Notes under the pieces: generated by a model
Seen by the model: only the letters and a program-made list of their open reading frames with translations
Told to the model about the DNA's origin: nothing
Database searches by the model: none
Translations under genes and position numbers: made by a program
Source: a virus
Taxonomy: Duplodnaviria; Caudoviricetes
IMG/VR virus record: IMGVR_UViG_3300012956_000019
Span: 7,375-71,374 of that record
DNA length: 64,000 nt
Strand: one strand, 5' to 3'
Part shown: piece by piece, positions 39,762 through 49,002 of the stretch
Position numbering within the stretch: position 1 is the first letter of the stretch
Layout: each line of letters starts with the position of its first letter

Positions 39762-39855
39762 TGTTTTTCCTTAAAATATTTTTTATTTTCTGTTGTGATA
39801 AATTTAATTGTTTAATACACTTGATAACAAATACATTTTCACCATTCCATACTTA

Positions 39856-40068
39856 TTAGGACTGTTGTGTTTTATCTATTATTACAACATCAGGCATTTC
39901 ATATCCAATGCTGTTTAAGAATTTCACCAAATCCTTTGTTGTCTTGTCATCATCTTCCATCATCTCCATACAATTGGTATGAAACCAAATGTCTGAATTA
40001 TTATTGCTTGGGTCAGTTCCTTCAGCAACTTTATTTTTCTTTTTTTTCTTTTCAAATTCTTGAGACAT
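39856..40068 (-). CDS. small protein, candidate MuF-toxin immunity protein
   Basis: 70 aa; start overlaps the MuF stop codon. Confidence 0.5.
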   Translation of the reverse strand: MSQEFEKKKKKNKVAEGTDPSNNNSDIWFHTNCMEMMEDDDKTTKDLVKFLNSIGYEMPDVVIIDKTQQS

Positions 40069-41939
40069 TATTTCATACCTATATAATTTTTCAATATTTT
40101 AATACTATTTCCATTTTTATCTAATAACAATTCACCTCTCCACCATCCTCTATTTAACATGAAATCTTTACCACTTATTTTCACACCATTAATTGTTTTG
40201 TTATATGTAGCAAAATCCCAGCTGTGTTTGAAATTAGAAGTGTCAACAATAACACCAGCTTTTTGTTCTATGTATCCACTAAATGCTCTTGCATAATTTC
40301 TTAATGTTATGTCTGATTCAAAATCAAATCCATATTTTGCCCAAGCATATAGCCCTACATCACCATTGGCATGAACTGTTATTTTATAAACATTATATTT
40401 CTCATAAAATTGAATTTGATTTCTAAATAATTCTTTACCAATTTGCCTATTTTGAAAAGCACCTTCAAGAAAAAATGAATCATGATCAACAATAAGTTTC
40501 TCTGATATTTGTTTTCCTTCAGTAACAATTGACCTTCTTTGAAAATTTCTATGAAATGAACCTATTTCATCACCAGATTTATATGATTTTTCGTGTAATA
40601 TTTGTTTGCTTTCACCATATCTTGTTTCTGTTGTGTACCACTGCAAATTATTGTAATCTTTTTGAGCTTTTAAGTGACCAGACACTCTGAAATTATCTCT
40701 GCCAAGTGGCATTATTTCAACATCTGTCTTAAATTCTGAACCTGTATTGAATGCTTTTTGAAAATCTTCATAAAATATTTTTTGTTCTTGTTTAATACCT
40801 AAAATTGATTTGATGTCATTCTCAAATTCCAATGCTTCTTTTTCAGCTGATCCATTCTCCATAAAATAATCTTTCATGGATGTCTGATTGGCCAATGCTA
40901 TGTTTTCTGCCGCAAGCAATTTGGCTTCATCAAAAGTTTCTGTTGCTAATAATGGCACCCATTGGCATCTACAATTGGCGTGTTGTGGTATTACACCACT
41001 TGCTTGTTCCAATGTATAAATCATCCCTTCAAGCCCAGCGCAAATTGGACACAATCTCTCATCTGGTGAAGTGCTAAATTGTACACGATCTACAACACCA
41101 GATTGCTTAAATCCATCTAATCTGCCTGCATTATAAGCACCATTTATTTCTGTTCTTGCTACAGTATTTGCCCAATGTTTTGGTGACATCTGATATGAAT
41201 AACCTTGTCTGATCACAGTTCCATCTGGTGATATTCTTGGTGGAACTTTAACATCAATTGGTTTATTCCATAATGCCAAAATATTTTTTCTAACTTCAGG
41301 AATGCTATCACCATTTTTAATAGCTTCCAACAAAGTGTATTTTATATTGCTTGAAATCTCTTTACTAACTTGTTCAGAAAGTTTCAATATGTAGTTGTTA
41401 AAAAATTTCTCAACATTCTTATCTCTGAGTGCAAAATCTATTCCAACATCAAAAATACCAAATACAGTGTTTCCACCCATGTTGTAAGAATCAAATACAC
41501 TGTGTGAAATTGCTTCATTGAATGGGTCAGGATTGATGAATGATATACTGTTGATGGTCTTGTCCACACCTGATTTATTTAGCCAATCTCTCATCTCCAC
41601 TGAAAATGTAAATTCCTTAAATCTGGTGATGCCAACAGTTGTATATTTCACCCTTGGTTCAAGTGGAATGTTTTCAAGTTGAACAATACTATCTTTTATG
41701 AACTTTTGGGTGTAAATTTTCTCCAATTGATTTAGCTTTGACAGAACTTCTTTTTGAGCATTGTCAAAAGCTATAATCAATTGCAATTCAAGTTTCTCTT
41801 CAGCCAATATAATCCAATCATAATACCTCTTTTGTATGTCTGATTTTTTCTTGGCCAATCTTTCAACAATAGAAAGTGTTTCAAGAAATTTTCCAACATC
41901 CTGAACCTTCATTGGTGGTGTTAAACTTAATTTATTCAT
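40068..41939 (-). CDS. MuF/SPP1 gp7-like head morphogenesis protein with GNAT-like C-terminal extension
   Basis: TVARTEINGAYN...DERLCPIC...PQHANCRC MuF core; C-terminal FQNRQIGKELF...HANGDVGLYAWAKYGF. Confidence 0.85.
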   Translation of the reverse strand: MNKLSLTPPMKVQDVGKFLETLSIVERLAKKKSDIQKRYYDWIILAEEKLELQLIIAFDNAQKEVLSKLNQLEKIYTQKFIKDSIVQLENIPLEPRVKYTTVGITRFKEFTFSVEMRDWLNKSGVDKTINSISFINPDPFNEAISHSVFDSYNMGGNTVFGIFDVGIDFALRDKNVEKFFNNYILKLSEQVSKEISSNIKYTLLEAIKNGDSIPEVRKNILALWNKPIDVKVPPRISPDGTVIRQGYSYQMSPKHWANTVARTEINGAYNAGRLDGFKQSGVVDRVQFSTSPDERLCPICAGLEGMIYTLEQASGVIPQHANCRCQWVPLLATETFDEAKLLAAENIALANQTSMKDYFMENGSAEKEALEFENDIKSILGIKQEQKIFYEDFQKAFNTGSEFKTDVEIMPLGRDNFRVSGHLKAQKDYNNLQWYTTETRYGESKQILHEKSYKSGDEIGSFHRNFQRRSIVTEGKQISEKLIVDHDSFFLEGAFQNRQIGKELFRNQIQFYEKYNVYKITVHANGDVGLYAWAKYGFDFESDITLRNYARAFSGYIEQKAGVIVDTSNFKHSWDFATYNKTINGVKISGKDFMLNRGWWRGELLLDKNGNSIKILKNYIGMK

Positions 41940-43497
41940 TTATTTTTGTAACCTTATCAGCTGGAAATGTATATGTCTTGCTCAAAAATTGTTCCCTGTC
42001 ATTAATTATCTGCTCAACAATAGCCAATCTTTGACTTGGCTCCATTGTTTCCCAGCCAACAGGTGTCTGATTGTCTTCTGACAAATACTTAGTCAACAAC
42101 GATCTGCTAATCAAATTAACATTTGGAACATTGCCTGCTTGTGGTGTTTTATCAACAGCATTTGGATCACCAGGCACTGATTGTCCATTTGGTCCAATTC
42201 CAAATGGTGCAACATTATTCTGTAAATAAGGAACATCACCCCAAGGAACAGGCATCAAGCCCAATGCTGTTGTTCTTATCTCATTTATTGTAATAACACC
42301 TTTATCCAAATACATTTGATGCCATTCAGCTTGATCCTTTTTATCAATAATGTCCAAATCAAAATCTAAATACACATCAGTCATTCCTAATGCTGTTTTA
42401 TCAAATATAATATGCTTGTTGTATTTATCTGTAAATGATACCATGTGTGGTTTTACAGCATCAATCTTAAATTGTTTGACTTGTTCAGTGACTGAACCTT
42501 TTGCTGCACTTCCAATTTCAACACCTAAAACAACTGGTTGCATTTTATAAACAGCCATGATCTTTTGTAACAACATTTTACTGTATTCTTGAAATTGCAT
42601 TTCTTCATTGCTCATTCCAACTTTCTGAAATGATATTTTACCATTTTCAGTTCCTATGACAATTGGTCTATGTGGCTGACCTCTCAATTCAGTGTCCCAC
42701 CATGTTCTAAATCTTGTCAATGCTGTCTGACCTTGTCCTGTTCCAAGCCCTTCCATCAATACAGCAAATCTTGGTGTAGCATTATTGTAAAAGAAATCAA
42801 GATTAAATTGGCTGGAATATAATTCAGCTGTTACAGTTTGGATAAGTGATTCAAGTGGTGATAATCCATACAGCCTATCTGATTGTGGATTAAGTTTATA
42901 ATACAATAGTTGATTTTTTTTCCATGATGTTATCTTTTTCATGTGTCTATCAACTTGAATATAGGCTTCATCTTCTTTCAACAATCCTTTTTCATCAGCA
43001 TTTATCTTAACTGTATTGCCAGGTACAGCATAAATTTCAACTAATTTCTTGCCTTTATTCAAGTCAGCACCTCTGACTATTTCCATTGACCCAGCATCAT
43101 ATACCAAAATGTCTCTGGCAATTTTTTTCCTTATCTCTGTCAAAGTTTCATAATTTGAATTTGGTTTTTCAAGAAGTTCTGAAACCAAATCCATGTTCTT
43201 TTTAGTTTCATCAGAAAGTTTTGCCTCACTCTGATCTGATCTTAATCTCAGTGGTTTAACTAATGGTGCCACCTCTGTTATTCTTTCAATAGTTTTATCA
43301 ACTATTGCTCTCACCCATGTATTACTGATATACATCATTTTCATTTGTGGAAATGACAAGCCCTTGACAGCAAGTTTCTCTGCATATGCTACATTCCCTG
43401 ATCCACCAACTCTGCCCAATGACAATTCATCACTATCAATGGAACTTTCTTTTGTGTTGGCTTTGTAGAAAAAAGATTTTGAAAAATTTATCATCAC
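41932..43497 (-). CDS. portal protein (HK97/lambda-type)
   Basis: YGLSPLESL...FFYNNATPRFAV...GVITINEIR. Confidence 0.9.
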   Translation of the reverse strand: MMINFSKSFFYKANTKESSIDSDELSLGRVGGSGNVAYAEKLAVKGLSFPQMKMMYISNTWVRAIVDKTIERITEVAPLVKPLRLRSDQSEAKLSDETKKNMDLVSELLEKPNSNYETLTEIRKKIARDILVYDAGSMEIVRGADLNKGKKLVEIYAVPGNTVKINADEKGLLKEDEAYIQVDRHMKKITSWKKNQLLYYKLNPQSDRLYGLSPLESLIQTVTAELYSSQFNLDFFYNNATPRFAVLMEGLGTGQGQTALTRFRTWWDTELRGQPHRPIVIGTENGKISFQKVGMSNEEMQFQEYSKMLLQKIMAVYKMQPVVLGVEIGSAAKGSVTEQVKQFKIDAVKPHMVSFTDKYNKHIIFDKTALGMTDVYLDFDLDIIDKKDQAEWHQMYLDKGVITINEIRTTALGLMPVPWGDVPYLQNNVAPFGIGPNGQSVPGDPNAVDKTPQAGNVPNVNLISRSLLTKYLSEDNQTPVGWETMEPSQRLAIVEQIINDREQFLSKTYTFPADKVTKINE

Positions 43498-43505
43498 TTT
43501 ACCTT

Positions 43506-43964
43506 TCAGCTAATTTGTTTATTCAAATAAATAGTCAACCATACAAACAAACATCCTACAACAGTCATTATTGGATTATTGTTTAACAAAAAATTCAATG
43601 TCACCAAAACAGCAACAATGATTATTACTATTGAAAAAGCATTTAATGAAAAATCCATAATTTTAGCAACACCAGACATAAATCCTGTTTCATTTTTGAA
43701 AACATTCAGAACTTTCTTTTTCAATATTTCTCTATTGACTTTGTCTTGTTCTTTTTTCATTTTCTTTTTCATGCTTTTATCAAATACCTTTTTTGGTTGT
43801 TCTTTATCATCCTGAACAACTTTATCATCCTCATCATCTTCAATATTGAAAAATCTTTCATCCTCTTCAACTGTATCAGATGCTTTTGAATCCACTATTA
43901 AAACACTGCCTTGCTTTGATGATATCTCATCTTGCTGTTTAGTGTCTTGTTCATTATTCTCCAT
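43506..43964 (-). CDS. membrane protein with acidic N-terminus and two C-terminal TM helices
   Basis: FSIVIIIVAVLVTLNFLL and IMTVVGCLFVWLTIYL. Confidence 0.65.
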   Translation of the reverse strand: MENNEQDTKQQDEISSKQGSVLIVDSKASDTVEEDERFFNIEDDEDDKVVQDDKEQPKKVFDKSMKKKMKKEQDKVNREILKKKVLNVFKNETGFMSGVAKIMDFSLNAFSIVIIIVAVLVTLNFLLNNNPIMTVVGCLFVWLTIYLNKQIS

Positions 43965-43978
43965 CTTGCATATCCTTA

Positions 43979-44437
43979 TTATTTTTGTAATTGAACATTT
44001 GGTGTACCTATTCTGTGTGGTACAAATCCATTAAAGAAAAAACAGCCCTCATTTTGATCTGTAATTAAATTTCCAGCAACATCCTTAACATTAAACACTT
44101 GTACACAATATGGTGCACTTTGTTTTATTCTTTTTGTAATCAGTGCAACAACTGTTGTACCAACACTGTCAACTATTATTGGTGTTGATGGTGGTGAATC
44201 ATCAATAGAAATCACCCTTCCAACTTTATAAAGTTTCACCAGTGTATTAGTTGAGTCATACACTTTGTAGTTATGAACATCCAACAAACCATCCATAGAC
44301 ATTGGCTCAGAAAATTCAAGCAAAATCACTGATGTTGTGTCTGTCCATATATCCACTGTGTCAGAATATGTTATTTGCATATCTGACACAGGTGTGATTG
44401 TAAGCCAAGCACCAATTAAGAATAATGTTGGCCACAT
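43979..44437 (-). CDS. exported Ig-like (Big_5-type) protein
   Basis: Hydrophobic N-terminus; ILLEFSEPM...NYKV...YCVQVFNVKDVAGN Ig-like pattern. Confidence 0.6.
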   Translation of the reverse strand: MWPTLFLIGAWLTITPVSDMQITYSDTVDIWTDTTSVILLEFSEPMSMDGLLDVHNYKVYDSTNTLVKLYKVGRVISIDDSPPSTPIIVDSVGTTVVALITKRIKQSAPYCVQVFNVKDVAGNLITDQNEGCFFFNGFVPHRIGTPNVQLQK

Positions 44438-44439
44438 TA

Positions 44440-44844
44440 TTATTGTACCTTTATAAATGTAACACCACCAGGAATGCCTGGAACATTTCCAACACTTCCT
44501 GTATTAGTTCCCATGCCACCATAAAATCCCTGACTATTTTCAGCCACAATTCCAACTCTGTATTCTGAGCCATCATTGTCCAAATCTTGAACTATAAATG
44601 ATGGTGTAGCAGATTCACCAATTTTTAATACAGTTACATTAACTGGTGACAAATAATCCATTCCCTGTTGTAGTTTATATGGCAACACTGGTGCTTTCTT
44701 TTCTAAAAAGAAATGATATTTTGTTGCTCCAACAACAGAATTTGAAGCAATTTCATAATCATTTTTTGGCTGTCCATTACAATTGACAAAACTTACTGTC
44801 AACATAATTAACACCATCAAGAGAAACAATTGAACCTTTTTCAT
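44440..44844 (-). CDS. exported FN3-like protein
   Basis: MKKVQLFLLMVLIMLTVSFVNC signal; GATKYHFF...YRVGIVAEN FN3-like strands. Confidence 0.6.
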   Translation of the reverse strand: MKKVQLFLLMVLIMLTVSFVNCNGQPKNDYEIASNSVVGATKYHFFLEKKAPVLPYKLQQGMDYLSPVNVTVLKIGESATPSFIVQDLDNDGSEYRVGIVAENSQGFYGGMGTNTGSVGNVPGIPGGVTFIKVQ

Positions 44845-44860
44845 AGCACTTTCCTTTTTG

Positions 44861-45214
44861 TTAATGAATGATATTGTTACTTTTAAGATTTTTCATCTCA
44901 TAATCCTCATACACAACTCCATTATTGTGTATTCTATAATTAAAATTTGCAATGCTTAAATTGAATTTAACACAAAATTGAGTGATTGTCATCTTGTGTT
45001 TTAATATGTATTCAATACAAGCTATTGTTACACCTGTTATTTCCATTTCCCTTTTTAACCATTCCCAATCATATTTATCAATTCTTGAAAATTTTCCATC
45101 TGATTTTCTTTTTTGACAATTCCATCTACACAATGATATATCCCTTAATAAAATATTTTGAAGGTGAATAAATTTTGATAAAATATCCACCAAATCCACA
45201 TATACATATCTCAT
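44861..45214 (-). CDS. hypothetical protein, possible C-terminal HTH
   Basis: 117 aa; ATGA overlap with TerL stop; TITQFCVKFNLSIANFNYRI. Confidence 0.5.
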   Translation of the reverse strand: MRYVYVDLVDILSKFIHLQNILLRDISLCRWNCQKRKSDGKFSRIDKYDWEWLKREMEITGVTIACIEYILKHKMTITQFCVKFNLSIANFNYRIHNNGVVYEDYEMKNLKSNNIIH

Positions 45215-46956
45215 CCAAAAAATATTCCTACATCAAGTGAAAATCTATCATAGGCATTTTTAGTTGAACCCACAATTGCATCAATAACATCCTTGCTACC
45301 AACTTCAATTCCCTCAAGCAAAAATCTGTCCCAACTTTCTACTGGGTGATCCACTTTACCATTATCACCAATGGTTAGTTCCTTTGATTCCCTGTGAGCT
45401 ATTGGATGTGGATAACATCTAACAAGCTGTTGATACATCAATTCTTTCCAAGTGTCATATGATTCATTGCTTTTGTCCACAGAAAATGCTTCAGTTGGTA
45501 TGCCCTCTTGATTCATTATCTGTATGCTGTCTCTGCTTTGCCATCCATCATAGGTTACAATGCCAATATTAAATCCAAACTGATTTTTTAATCTCAATAT
45601 GAACTTTCTTACATCTGAAAATTGCACCTCTGTACCTGATTTAGCAACTAATTGAATGGCCAAATCAATTACAACACCTTTTCTTGTTATGTTAAGTTCA
45701 GGATCATCAGCATTGAATTCAACAATAATACCTTCTTTGTACAAATCCTTTTTTAGCCTATCATCTAACTTTGGAAACATAGAATCAATATGAGTCAGAG
45801 CAAATCCAGCACAGTCATTCTTTTTGTCTTTCTTACCAGTGCCTAAATCCACATGTACAGCATACATTCTGCCTTCAGTTCCTTTGAAAAAAGATTTGAA
45901 CTGAAGTGATTGAAGAAAAGCACTGTCAATACTTAACAAATCACCCACTATTGGATTTTCATAAGCTGGTGAAAACATGTATGACAGCATATATTTCTTA
46001 CTAACATATCCACCAACTTCAGCATCACCTTCACACTCATAAGTCATCTTGGCTTTTTCATAATTCCTTTTATATTGTTGTGCCAACTTTTCTCTTGTGA
46101 CCATTAAGTTCACTTCATGTGTCGCTTTCTTACTGCTAAACACTCTTTCATTATCCAATTCCTTTTTGTAAAGAACATCCATTGGATCATTGTGATAATA
46201 CTTATATGAAATAACACATGTTTTACCAACACCTGAAAATCTTGATGTCACTGTATCCCTAACAGCATCCAATAATTCAAATGCCTTTTCAAAAGGAAAT
46301 GAACCAAACTCATCTATTGTTACAAAGAACAAGTTCAATCCTTCACCTGTATTAGTTTCACTGTTTAGAGAATGTGCTGTAATGGAAAATGGAAACTTGA
46401 CTTCAGATGTCTGTAAGTCATATCCATCTCTCATATCTACACCCTTTTCAGCAAACCAGTTTTTACCAGTTCTTGGATTGATACATTTCTTTAACAATGA
46501 TTTGAACTTTTTGAAATACACATTTATTGCTTGTCTGGCATTAATGGACATATTAGCCACATCAATAGCATCATCATCACCAATTGAACATCCATATTCT
46601 GTTCTTAGGAACTCATGTGGATTTTTAAGACACATTAATTTGTATATCAAATACACCTGCATCTTGCTGATTGTTCGATCTTTACCACTTCCCTTGCCCC
46701 AAAAAGCATGTCCTTCATCATAATCTGTGTTAAATTCTGTGGCTAATTCACCAAGCATAGCCCTGCTGAATTCATCTTGAACTGGAAACAACCCTTCACC
46801 CAGCCAATCTAAACAAAAAGTTTGTATGTCCACTGGTTTCTCTGACCAAACATCACTATCTATTTGGCTAACAGATGATGGTGTAACAACAGCTGAATAT
46901 AGTTCATCCATGAACACTGTTTTAACTGGTTGAGCTTTTGTAAGTGTCCTTGCCAT
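45211..46956 (-). CDS. terL: terminase large subunit
   Basis: Walker A GKGSGKD, Walker B VTIDE, nuclease HVDLG...TYDGWQS...SKDVIDA. Confidence 0.92.
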   Translation of the reverse strand: MARTLTKAQPVKTVFMDELYSAVVTPSSVSQIDSDVWSEKPVDIQTFCLDWLGEGLFPVQDEFSRAMLGELATEFNTDYDEGHAFWGKGSGKDRTISKMQVYLIYKLMCLKNPHEFLRTEYGCSIGDDDAIDVANMSINARQAINVYFKKFKSLLKKCINPRTGKNWFAEKGVDMRDGYDLQTSEVKFPFSITAHSLNSETNTGEGLNLFFVTIDEFGSFPFEKAFELLDAVRDTVTSRFSGVGKTCVISYKYYHNDPMDVLYKKELDNERVFSSKKATHEVNLMVTREKLAQQYKRNYEKAKMTYECEGDAEVGGYVSKKYMLSYMFSPAYENPIVGDLLSIDSAFLQSLQFKSFFKGTEGRMYAVHVDLGTGKKDKKNDCAGFALTHIDSMFPKLDDRLKKDLYKEGIIVEFNADDPELNITRKGVVIDLAIQLVAKSGTEVQFSDVRKFILRLKNQFGFNIGIVTYDGWQSRDSIQIMNQEGIPTEAFSVDKSNESYDTWKELMYQQLVRCYPHPIAHRESKELTIGDNGKVDHPVESWDRFLLEGIEVGSKDVIDAIVGSTKNAYDRFSLDVGIFFG

Positions 46957-47064
46957 GTTATATTGTTACTCCATCATACATCTGTTTTGCTAAATTTGAT
47001 GGCTGTCTGTTTATTCCTGCCACTGTTACCTGTTTGTCCATATACTTTTATGCCTGATTATTAT

Positions 47065-47355
47065 TTACACAATTTCTTGCCATGTCAAAGCACCTTCAAC
47101 ATCCACATTAGAACTTCCACCAATTGGTCTAACACACAAAACCACTGTATCAACAGTTCCATCAATCTTACTGCCCAAATTCAAAGCATTATTTACACCA
47201 CCTGATGCTGATCCAGCACCACCTGATGCTACACCAGCACTATCTGATGGAACAGTTTTTACCCTCAAAACATCTCTTGTTTTCTCAAATACTCTCCACA
47301 GAAAATTTTCTGTTTCCTCTCTAAATTCCTGTTTATCATCATTTTTGTGTGACAT
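47065..47355 (-). CDS. hypothetical protein
   Basis: 96 aa with GGAG RBS; Gly/Ser linker in the middle. Confidence 0.55.
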   Translation of the reverse strand: MSHKNDDKQEFREETENFLWRVFEKTRDVLRVKTVPSDSAGVASGGAGSASGGVNNALNLGSKIDGTVDTVVLCVRPIGGSSNVDVEGALTWQEIV

Positions 47356-47366
47356 TTCTCACTCCA

Positions 47367-47561
47367 CTATTTAATTACAATTATTTCTGAATCAATAGCA
47401 AGTTCCTTAACTGCTTTGATACCACCATTAACACCACCTTTGGTTTTGTAACCTTCTGACTGACAAATGATTTTACCATTCTTAGCAATCAACCTGAATC
47501 TGTATTCTTTCTTACTATCTTTGAATATTTCAAATTTTCCTGACACAATTTTTCCTTTCAT
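47367..47561 (-). CDS. DUF1508 (YegP-like) protein
   Basis: KFEIFKDSKKEYRFRLIAKNGKIICQSEGY signature. Confidence 0.85.
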   Translation of the reverse strand: MKGKIVSGKFEIFKDSKKEYRFRLIAKNGKIICQSEGYKTKGGVNGGIKAVKELAIDSEIIVIK

Positions 47562-47564
47562 TAT

Positions 47565-48347
47565 CTATCTAATTACACCACCAACATCAGCCAATTCATC
47601 TCCTGTTGTACCTGTTAATAATGTTGCATTGCCTTTTACAATTGTTGAAGCATAAGTTGCATGCATACCATATACTGGTTTTGTTACAACAGATTCACAA
47701 TTATAAGTTATAACAGTGCTAACATTCTCAGCTTTTAAGCCTCTAAATGCTCCACCAGTACAAACATTTTCAACAAATCTGCCTGTTGCTACACTTAAAA
47801 AATATGCACATATTCCAGATGTAGCATTGTTATTAGAAATATAACAAGCATATGCTTGAGTCAAACCAGAACATCTATCAAAACTCAAAGCCATACCACC
47901 AGCACTGGCATATGAGTGTATTATTTTTATGTTCCTTACTGTTATATATGAAGTCATAAATTGAAACACTATTCCCTTTTGTGCTGATGTGTTGAATATA
48001 ACACTTTGGGTTGTGTACTTTCCATCACCTTCAGAAGTTTTGCCCATAAAATTTACTTGTCCACCATAGAATTTTGAAATAATTATTGCTGATGTAAAAG
48101 TGTATGTTCCATCACCAAATTGAAGTGTCAAATCATACCCATTCAAATTTTTAGGTATTGTATCAATAACAGCTTGTATTTGTGCTGATGTTTATGCTGA
48201 TGTAAAATTAAGTGTTACATTGTCTGTCAACAATTTATTTATTTTTACAATGCCACTATCTATTCCACCACCAGTAAATGTTGATTCATATTGACTATAT
48301 ATAAGTGGTGCCATCAACATCATTAAAATTAAAATTATTTTTTTCAC
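47565..48347 (-). pseudogene. signal-peptide beta-helix protein interrupted by one in-frame TAA
   Basis: GTG at 48347 with AAGGA RBS; VKKIILILMMLMAPLIYSQ...NFTSA*TSAQIQAVIDTIPKNLNG; TAA at 48192-48194, otherwise open to 47565. Confidence 0.75.
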
Positions 48348-48351
48348 TTCT

Positions 48352-48597
48352 TTATTCCTTTACTAAAAAATATTGATTGTCATTTGTTTTTAGTGTATCA
48401 CCATTTGATAATATAAAAAAATCAAATCCATTTGGTGGTGTATAACCTGGTGTTGGCTGTGTTGTATCTGGTTGAACTACCATCAATGATGGTGTAGCCA
48501 ATATAACAATTGTATTCAGTTTTGCAACTTTCTTTTTATTATCTTGTGAATAACCAAATACAGTCAACAAACAAAATATTACAACTAAATATTTCAT
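48352..48597 (-). CDS. exported small protein
   Basis: MKYLVVIFCLLTVFGYSQ signal peptide; AAGGA RBS. Confidence 0.6.
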   Translation of the reverse strand: MKYLVVIFCLLTVFGYSQDNKKKVAKLNTIVILATPSLMVVQPDTTQPTPGYTPPNGFDFFILSNGDTLKTNDNQYFLVKE

Positions 48598-48599
48598 TG

Positions 48600-48989
48600 T
48601 TAATATTCCTTGATTTGTATAATGATATATCCACCCAGTGTTTGTGGTGCACTGAATTGTAATTTCCAATTTTGTGAAAAGCCAATAAAATAAGCTGGCT
48701 GAAGTAACACTGTCTGGTTGGCTTTCACACCTGAAACTTTCAATGTATCATCCATAAATCTAACATTGTTAAATATTTTAGTGTTTCGATCTGTGTACAT
48801 CAAAAAACTCACATCACATGAATCAAATCCAGCAGGAAAGTCCAACACTGAAGGCTTCATATTTTCATTGACAACTATTTCATTGGTCACTGTTGAGCCT
48901 GGTGGATAATATGTTCTGATGTACTGTTGTGAAAAGGTTACAACAGTCATTATTAAAAACAATCCAGCAATTAAAATTAGTTTTTTCAT
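48600..48989 (-). CDS. exported beta-rich protein
   Basis: MKKLILIAGLFLIMTVVTFSQ signal peptide; AAAGGA RBS. Confidence 0.65.
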   Translation of the reverse strand: MKKLILIAGLFLIMTVVTFSQQYIRTYYPPGSTVTNEIVVNENMKPSVLDFPAGFDSCDVSFLMYTDRNTKIFNNVRFMDDTLKVSGVKANQTVLLQPAYFIGFSQNWKLQFSAPQTLGGYIIIQIKEY

Positions 48990-49002
48990 TTTCTTTCCTT
49001 TT

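Noticed and set aside
46958-47041. 27-aa ORF upstream of TerL as small terminase
   Set aside because: Too short and lacks an RBS; no TerS was identified in the window.
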